NCBI GenBank assembly: GCA_018052705.1 | Contig: JAGPMW010000003.1 | Coordinates: 31,451 to 95,450 of the forward strand | Length of the DNA: 64,000 nucleotides | Origin: Selenomonas sp. | Lineage (GTDB): Bacteria > Bacillota > Negativicutes > Selenomonadales > Selenomonadaceae | Direction: 5' to 3' | Shown: positions 58,145-64,000 of the stretch, piece after piece | Layout: each line of letters begins with the position of its first letter | Numbering within the stretch: the stretch's first letter is position 1 | The notes under the pieces: model-generated | What the model saw: only the letters and a program-made list of their open reading frames with translations | The model's database searches: none | Told to the model about the DNA's origin: nothing | Translations under genes and position numbers: made by a program

Positions 58145-59673
58145 AGCAGAAGCTATGTAAAACGCTGCTGGCCGCAGCACTGATCCTGACTGTCTTTCTG
58201 CCCGTACCGGTCTTGGCATCGGTACAGAAAGATGGCGTCCATATAACGATCCTGCATACCAATGATATGCATGCCAGAGTTGTGGATGGGGATGACAATG
58301 GCAGCTCACTGGGGATGGCCTGGATTGCTGGTGCAATACGCGCGCAGAAGGATAAAGATGAGGATACGCTGGCTCTTGATGCCGGAGATACCTTTCATGG
58401 CATGCCGATCATAAACATCAGCAAGGGGGCGAATATGGCTCAGCTGATGAATCTGGCCGGTTATGATGCCATGACGCCGGGCAATCATGATTTCAACTAC
58501 GGTGCCGACCGGTTGCAGGAACTGGCTGGAATGTTGAACTTTCCGGTGCTGAGTGCAAATCTGGTAGACAAGGAGGGAAAAGGTTATGTGTTCCGTCCCT
58601 ATAAGAGTTTTGTACTCGATGGGGTGAGCATTGCGGTGGTCGGATTGAGCACACCTGAGACGGCCTATAAGACCAGCCCTGCCAATGTAAAGGATGTCCG
58701 GTTCCTTGATCCCGTAGTGGTGGCCAAACAGCTGGTCCCCGAACTGCGCAAGACGCATGATGTGGTCATCGGCCTTATGCATATGGGCCTTGATGCCAGT
58801 TCGGAAGTTACGTCCGAGCGCATTGCCCGTGAGGTACCCGGCTTTGATGTCATCATTGACGGTCACAGTCATACCCAGCTGAATAAAGGCCGGCTGGTCG
58901 GGCGGACACTGATCTGTCAGACTGGCTGGCACGGGCATTATCTGGGCGATGTAGAGCTGGTGGTTCAGAATCATAAACTGCGGAAGGCCAGAGCCGCCCT
59001 GCTCGATCGACAGGCGGTTCAGCAGCTGGCCGGTGAGCCGGACGACGGGGTCAAGACTGCATTACAGGAAATAGAAGCAAGAAATAAAACGGATTTTCAG
59101 CAGGTTGTGGCGACGTCACCGCGGGCTTTGTCCGGTGATCGGAGCCTTGTCCGGGCACAGGAGGCAGACCTTGGCAATCTGACGGCCGATGCGATGCGCT
59201 GGGGCGCCGGGGCGGATGCTGCCGTGGTCAATGGGGGCGGTATCCGGGCCAATCTGCCGGCCGGTCAGCTGACCAGGGCCGATCTCATGACCGTGTTTCC
59301 TTTTGGCAATACACTGGTCAAATTGGAAATCCGGGGAGCTGCCATCCATGAGATGCTCGAACATTCCGTGGAATATCTGCCAGCGCCATTCGGCGGCTTT
59401 CTGCAGGTCAGCGGTCTGACGTTCACACTGGATAAGTCGGCCAAAGCTGGAAAACGGGTCACTGCTGTCCGGATCGGCAATGCGCCGTTGGAGCCGGATA
59501 AATTATACACGCTGGCAGTCAATGATTTTAATGCTGCTGGTGGTGATGGCTATACGATGCTGAAAGCGGCAAAGGTTGTCGGCGAGTATGGCACGATGGA
59601 AGAAATATTTGCCGCGTACCTGAATCAGCAGGGCATACAACCGGCTGCACTGGGGCGCATTACGGTGAAATGA
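58141..59673 (+). CDS. Secreted bifunctional metallophosphatase/5'-nucleotidase
   Basis: ORF 58141..59673. It has a signal peptide, calcineurin-like motifs ([21 protein letters not shown]) and a C-terminal 5'-nucleotidase domain. The start overlaps the uvrA stop (ATGA). Confidence 0.85.
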   Translation: MKQKLCKTLLAAALILTVFLPVPVLASVQKDGVHITILHTNDMHARVVDGDDNGSSLGMAWIAGAIRAQKDKDEDTLALDAGDTFHGMPIINISKGANMAQLMNLAGYDAMTPGNHDFNYGADRLQELAGMLNFPVLSANLVDKEGKGYVFRPYKSFVLDGVSIAVVGLSTPETAYKTSPANVKDVRFLDPVVVAKQLVPELRKTHDVVIGLMHMGLDASSEVTSERIAREVPGFDVIIDGHSHTQLNKGRLVGRTLICQTGWHGHYLGDVELVVQNHKLRKARAALLDRQAVQQLAGEPDDGVKTALQEIEARNKTDFQQVVATSPRALSGDRSLVRAQEADLGNLTADAMRWGAGADAAVVNGGGIRANLPAGQLTRADLMTVFPFGNTLVKLEIRGAAIHEMLEHSVEYLPAPFGGFLQVSGLTFTLDKSAKAGKRVTAVRIGNAPLEPDKLYTLAVNDFNAAGGDGYTMLKAAKVVGEYGTMEEIFAAYLNQQGIQPAALGRITVK

Positions 59674-59674
59674 A

Positions 59675-59720
59675 AAAAGAAGGTGGACAAAATGCGAAAG
59701 CAATTTGTCCACCTTCTTTT
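59675..59720. terminator. Bidirectional terminator between convergent genes
   Basis: 17-bp stem aaaagaaggtggacaaa / tttgtccaccttctttt. Confidence 0.85.
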
Positions 59721-59729
59721 TAGTAGTGA

Positions 59730-60965
59730 TCAGGAATAACTGTCGGTATGCATGAATTCCCGATCGACGATCTGTCCGTTTTCTTTCCAGACGCGATACA
59801 GGGATGGATGGGCGGAAGAGCCGCCTGTGACCAGTGTGATGGTTTTGCCGGCAAGGTCGGCCCTGGTTCCCAGCACATAGATGGTCAGTGATGATCCGGT
59901 ATTGGCAACCCGCAGATAGACCGGATGCGGCAGCGGATTCTGGAAGACGAGATCCAGCAGATCGTCGGCAACCGTGGCATCACGCCCACGCGGGACATAG
60001 CTTGATGGCAACGCATGATTGCTGCGTTCGGTCGGCTTCATGCCTGCCAAAAGGATTGCATTGTAAAGTGTTGAACTGACCTGACAGACTCCTCCGCCTA
60101 CGTCGATGGCTGGTTCTCCGTCAACGATGACACCGGCATTCTTGTAACCGGCTGACCGGGTGCGATGCCCAACGATATTGTTAAAGGACAGGGTGGACTG
60201 GCTGCGAACCAGTGCACCCTGCAGCTGACTGGCAGCCAGTCCAATATTGTCTCCGCGGTCGCCGGGCGAGAAACGGGTTGTGTATGAGCCAAGCACACCG
60301 TCAATGGAGGCGAGATCGTCATCGGTGACAAAAGGCGGCTCCTCAGCCGGAGACAATGGAGTCCGGATTGTCAGTGCCAGCGCTTTGAGCTGGGGGTCCA
60401 GACTCGCTTTGACGGGGTCGATATCAAGTGTCAGTCCAATGACGGCGGCTGTTTTCTTGATGCTGCCATTGGCCAGCAGCTGCGCAGAAGCATTGACCGG
60501 ATCACTATGGATTTCCTTTTGGACCTGCTGCAGCTTTTGCTCCAGCAGATTCTCATCGTAGCGGCCGGTCAGATCGATCTTCGTGCCAAACATGGCGCAC
60601 TTGAGCTGTATGAGCAGGTTGACCGGCAATGAAGAGCTGCGGCCAACCTGATAAGCAGCGTCTGTTGCATCGTCGATATTGGCCTGCAGGTTGATGTCTT
60701 TGGCCTGGATTTCCCAGCTGCGATTTTGATAGGTAAGAATAGCCGCTTTGTGGTTCAGCTTATTTTGAGCTGTCTTTTCGAAAAACGTATGGACTTCTTT
60801 TTTGGTCATGCCTGCCAGGGTGGTGCCATTTGATTGCACGCCCATGATGACCCGGTCCTGATTGGACATTGAGACCGATATACTGCCAATAACAACCACG
60901 GCAAAAGCAATCCCTACTGTTGCTGCCGCAACAGCTGTTCCCAATGAAACTGATGGTAACTTCAT
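59730..60965 (-). CDS. VanW family protein (N-terminal anchor, PG-binding-like region, VanW domain)
   Basis: ORF 59730..60965. It has an N-terminal TM helix. VanW-like blocks are GVCQVSSTLYNA and TERSNH. Confidence 0.75.
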   Translation of the reverse strand: MKLPSVSLGTAVAAATVGIAFAVVVIGSISVSMSNQDRVIMGVQSNGTTLAGMTKKEVHTFFEKTAQNKLNHKAAILTYQNRSWEIQAKDINLQANIDDATDAAYQVGRSSSLPVNLLIQLKCAMFGTKIDLTGRYDENLLEQKLQQVQKEIHSDPVNASAQLLANGSIKKTAAVIGLTLDIDPVKASLDPQLKALALTIRTPLSPAEEPPFVTDDDLASIDGVLGSYTTRFSPGDRGDNIGLAASQLQGALVRSQSTLSFNNIVGHRTRSAGYKNAGVIVDGEPAIDVGGGVCQVSSTLYNAILLAGMKPTERSNHALPSSYVPRGRDATVADDLLDLVFQNPLPHPVYLRVANTGSSLTIYVLGTRADLAGKTITLVTGGSSAHPSLYRVWKENGQIVDREFMHTDSYS

Positions 60966-61061
60966 ATTAATCCCAACACTCCTATAACTAACTCTCTATG
61001 CATCATTATATCCTTTTTAGAAGTATGGTGCAATTAAGAAAATGATGCCAAAAAGGACAAG

Positions 61062-61090
61062 TTGCAAATAAGGGACAGGTATGATAGAAT
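61062..61090 (+). promoter_or_regulatory. Sigma-A promoter of the valS leader
   Basis: TTGCAA (61062-61067), 17 nt spacer, extended -10 TGaTAGAAT (61082-61090). Confidence 0.65.
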
Positions 61091-61096
61091 TAACGC

Positions 61097-61355
61097 CATA
61101 TAATAGAATAGCAGGGAAGAAGAGGAGTACAGCATTCGGGCGGCTCAGCGAGGAGACGGCAGGTGAAAGTCTTTGCGACGGATGGTGGAAGGTAGCTTCG
61201 GAGCTGCCGGGCTGAATCTGGCATGCCAGGGTAGGTCCGGTCGTCAGGCCGCGTTAAGGCTGTGAGTCCCGCATCCATGTTACTGGCTGCAGGAGAAGAT
61301 TGGTGGTACCACGATAGCAGACGCTTTCGTCCTTTTGGACGGAGGCGTTTTATAG
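61097..61355 (+). promoter_or_regulatory. T-box riboswitch leader, Val specifier (GUA)
   Basis: AGTA, specifier-loop GGAAG-GTA-G (GTA at 61192-61194). The T-box sequence AGATTGGTGGTACCACG has UGGU, matching the A73 discriminator. The terminator is acgctttcgtcc / ggacggaggcgt + ttta (61321-61355). Confidence 0.9.
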
Positions 61356-61385
61356 TTTTGTGCTCATGAAGTAGGAGGATGAACG

Positions 61386-64000
61386 ATGTCAGAGAATCAG
61401 GAACAGGGAAACAATATTCCGAAGGTATACGACCCGCAGTCGTTTGAGAAGAAATGGTATCAGTACTGGGAAGAGAACAAGTTCTTCCATGCTGAGGTTG
61501 ATAAGAAAAAAAAGCCATACAGCATGGTTATTCCGCCGCCAAATGTTACAGGGCAGCTGCATATGGGACATGCGCTTGACAATACGCTGCAGGATATCCT
61601 GATCCGCTATCATCGCATGCAGGGATTCAACACAGTCTGGGTTCCGGGCTGCGATCATGCTGGTATCGCAACGCAGGCGAAGGTCGAGGGGGCACTGCGC
61701 GAAGAGGGCAAGACCCGCTATGATCTGGGCCGTGACAAGTTTCTCGAGCGCGTCTGGGACTGGAAAGAGAAGTTCGGCAGCCGGATCATGTATCAGCTGC
61801 GGTCGCTGGGATCGTCCTGCGACTGGGACCGCGAGCGCTTTACGATGGATGAAGGGTGCTCACATGCTGTCCGCGAGGTATTCGTCAGTCTTTACGAGAA
61901 AGGCCTGATCTATCAGGGAACCCGCATCACCAACTGGTGTCCGCAGTGTAATACGGCTATCTCGGATATCGAGGTTGACCATGAGACGGAGCAGGGGCAT
62001 CTGTGGCATCTGCGGTATCAGGTTGAGGGAACGGACCGGTATGTCGAGATTGCGACGACCCGCCCGGAGACGATGTTCGGCGATACGGGTGTAGCCGTTC
62101 ATCCGGACGATGACCGCTATAAGGATCTGGTCGGCAAGACCCTGATCCTGCCAATCGTCAACCGCCGCATTCCGCTGTTTGCCGATGAGTATGTTGATCA
62201 ATCGTTCGGCACAGGTGCCGTCAAGGTAACTCCGGCACATGATCCGAATGACTTTGAGATGGGGATGCGTCACCATCTGGAACAGATCAAGGTCATCAAT
62301 AACGACGGTACGATGGGTGAAGGTGCTGGCAAATACAAGGATATGGACCGCTACGACTGCCGCAAGGCACTGGTCAAAGAGCTCGATGAGCTTGGTGTGC
62401 TCGTATCGGTCGAGGATCATGAGCATGCTGTCGGGCATTGCTCGCGCTGCCATAGCACCATCGAACCGCTGGTATCCAAGCAGTGGTTTGTAAAGATGGA
62501 GTCGCTGGCCAAACCGGCCATCGAAGCCGTACAGGATGGCCGCATCCAGTTTGTACCAGAGCGCTTCACGAAGACCTATGTTCAGTGGCTGGATAATATC
62601 CGCGACTGGTGCATTTCGCGTCAGCTCTGGTGGGGACATCGCATTCCGGCCTGGTACTGTGATGACTGCGGCGAGACCAGCGTTTCGCGCACGGATCTGA
62701 CGGAGTGCCCGCATTGTCATGGCCATCACATCCATCAGGATGAGGATGTGCTTGATACCTGGTTCTCCTCGGGCCTCTGGCCGTTTGAGACGATGGGCTG
62801 GCCCGAGCAGACGGAAGAATTCAAGCAGTTCTATCCGACGGCTACGCTGGTTACCGGCTACGACATCATCTTCTTCTGGGTAGCCCGCATGGTCATGATG
62901 GGACTCGAGTTCGGCAAGGACATCCCGTTCCATCATGTATTCATCCATGGTCTTGTACGCGACAGCCAGGGCCGTAAAATGTCCAAATCGCTCGGCAACG
63001 GCATCGATCCGGTCGAGGTCGTCGAGAAATATGGTGCGGATACGCTGCGTTTCATGCTCATTACAGGCAATACGCCGGGCAATGATATGCGTTTCTACTG
63101 GGAGCGCGTCGAGTCTGCCCGCAACTTCGCCAATAAGATCTGGAATGCATCCCGCTATATGCTGATGAATCTGGAAGAGGGCTTCGACAAGGACTTTGTA
63201 CCGGCTGAGAGCGACTACACTTTGTCTGATCAGTGGATTCTTTCGCGCTATGCCCGTACAGTCCGCGACGTGACTGGGAATCTGGACAAGTTCGAGCTCG
63301 GCGAGGCTGCCCGCATGATCTATGAGTTCATCTGGAATGAGTTCTGTGACTGGTACATCGAGCTGACCAAGGCCCGTCTCTATGACAAGGACAACGCGCA
63401 GGCCCGCAATACGGCGCTCTATGTGCTGTCGCACGTTCTGGAGGGCACGCTGCGCCTGCTGCATCCGTTTATGCCGTTCCTGACTGAGGAAATCTGGCAG
63501 AAGGTGCCGCATGCAGAGAATATCAGCAGTATCATGATTGCGGATTGGCCGGAGGCAGATGCTGCGCGCATCAGCGACAGCGTAGAGGCCCAGATGACAG
63601 CGATAATGGAAACCATCAAGTCGGTCCGCAATATGCGGGCGGAGGTCGGTGCGGCACCGGGGCATAAGAGCGAGGTTATCCTGAACTTCACCGATGAGTC
63701 GCTGCGTGAGGTCTTTGCCCAGAATCAGAGCTATCTGGACAAGCTGGCTGCAGCCGAGCCCGTAACAATCCTGCCGGCAGGATCGGCCAAGCCCGATAAT
63801 GCGATGGCTGGTGTCGTGAATGGCGTCGAGATCTATCTGCCGCTCAAGGGGCTTATCGATGTCGAGAAGGAAACAGCGCGTCTGAATAAGGAACTGGAGA
63901 AGCTGGAAAAAGAGATCAAGCGTCTGGCTGGCAAGCTGGGCAATGAAGGATTCCTTAAGAAAGCGCCAGAGCAGGTAGTAGCCGGTGAAAAAGAGAAACT
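61386..64000 (+). CDS. valS: Valine--tRNA ligase (3' end beyond the window)
   Basis: This is my own translation from ATG 61386 after GGAGGA: [28 protein letters not shown]... It has the HIGH-type [13 protein letters not shown] and KMSKS. The frame is open to position 64000, so it is absent from the ORF track. The 601-aa minus-strand ORF 61860..63665 is its antisense shadow. Confidence 0.93.
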   Translation, partial: MSENQEQGNNIPKVYDPQSFEKKWYQYWEENKFFHAEVDKKKKPYSMVIPPPNVTGQLHMGHALDNTLQDILIRYHRMQGFNTVWVPGCDHAGIATQAKVEGALREEGKTRYDLGRDKFLERVWDWKEKFGSRIMYQLRSLGSSCDWDRERFTMDEGCSHAVREVFVSLYEKGLIYQGTRITNWCPQCNTAISDIEVDHETEQGHLWHLRYQVEGTDRYVEIATTRPETMFGDTGVAVHPDDDRYKDLVGKTLILPIVNRRIPLFADEYVDQSFGTGAVKVTPAHDPNDFEMGMRHHLEQIKVINNDGTMGEGAGKYKDMDRYDCRKALVKELDELGVLVSVEDHEHAVGHCSRCHSTIEPLVSKQWFVKMESLAKPAIEAVQDGRIQFVPERFTKTYVQWLDNIRDWCISRQLWWGHRIPAWYCDDCGETSVSRTDLTECPHCHGHHIHQDEDVLDTWFSSGLWPFETMGWPEQTEEFKQFYPTATLVTGYDIIFFWVARMVMMGLEFGKDIPFHHVFIHGLVRDSQGRKMSKSLGNGIDPVEVVEKYGADTLRFMLITGNTPGNDMRFYWERVESARNFANKIWNASRYMLMNLEEGFDKDFVPAESDYTLSDQWILSRYARTVRDVTGNLDKFELGEAARMIYEFIWNEFCDWYIELTKARLYDKDNAQARNTALYVLSHVLEGTLRLLHPFMPFLTEEIWQKVPHAENISSIMIADWPEADAARISDSVEAQMTAIMETIKSVRNMRAEVGAAPGHKSEVILNFTDESLREVFAQNQSYLDKLAAAEPVTILPAGSAKPDNAMAGVVNGVEIYLPLKGLIDVEKETARLNKELEKLEKEIKRLAGKLGNEGFLKKAPEQVVAGEKEK

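Noticed and set aside
61860-63665. 601-aa minus-strand ORF, the only long ORF listed in this interval
   Set aside because: The real gene is valS on the plus strand (61386 to the window end). valS is absent from the track only because it has no stop in the window. The minus ORF is its antisense shadow.
1-64000. Scan for CRISPR arrays, IS elements or transposases, integrases, phage genes, restriction-modification, toxin-antitoxin or other defence-island content
   Set aside because: I saw no short regularly spaced direct repeats. No ORF carries transposase, integrase, reverse transcriptase or nuclease-helicase defence hallmarks. Every sizeable ORF is accounted for by housekeeping or conserved-hypothetical families.

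Overview
This window looks like ordinary chromosome, about 55% GC by eye, and is mostly housekeeping genes. The gene order is Firmicute-like: sigH; phoH-ybeY-era-recO-glyQS; dgt-dnaG-sigA-tRNA-trmK-nif3; uvrBA; leuS; valS. It also carries an LptA/OstA-like exported protein. Together these suggest a diderm Firmicute such as Negativicutes/Selenomonadales, but that is inference only.

I can support about 50 CDS and 2 tRNAs (Arg-CCG, Asn-GUU). I also find three T-box leaders (Gly, Val and an Ala-type one), a glmS ribozyme, a probable Moco riboswitch ahead of modABC, many intrinsic terminators and several sigma-A promoters. valS (61386 to the window end) is missing from the ORF track because it has no stop codon in the window.

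I see no IS element, prophage, CRISPR array, toxin-antitoxin pair or recognisable defence gene, and I cannot point to a protein-coding novel system.

The most unusual signal is non-coding. A conserved intergenic element of about 360-385 bp occurs twice in the same orientation (24888-25248 and 33410-33794). Each copy folds into a ~213-nt hairpin with an internal bubble. The two copies differ by compensatory substitutions in the stems, and I cannot assign the element to any RNA or repeat family I know.

Secondary observations:
- an Ala-specifier T-box controlling an alaR-alaT-like operon
- a dyad-symmetric fourfold GTCAAA operator over the clpB promoter with non-canonical CtsR spacing
- a deletion scar that truncates a divergent MCP/LysR gene pair
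- a possible ~70-nt sRNA unit
- several orphan or hypothetical genes

All homology calls come from reading motifs by eye. No database search was run.
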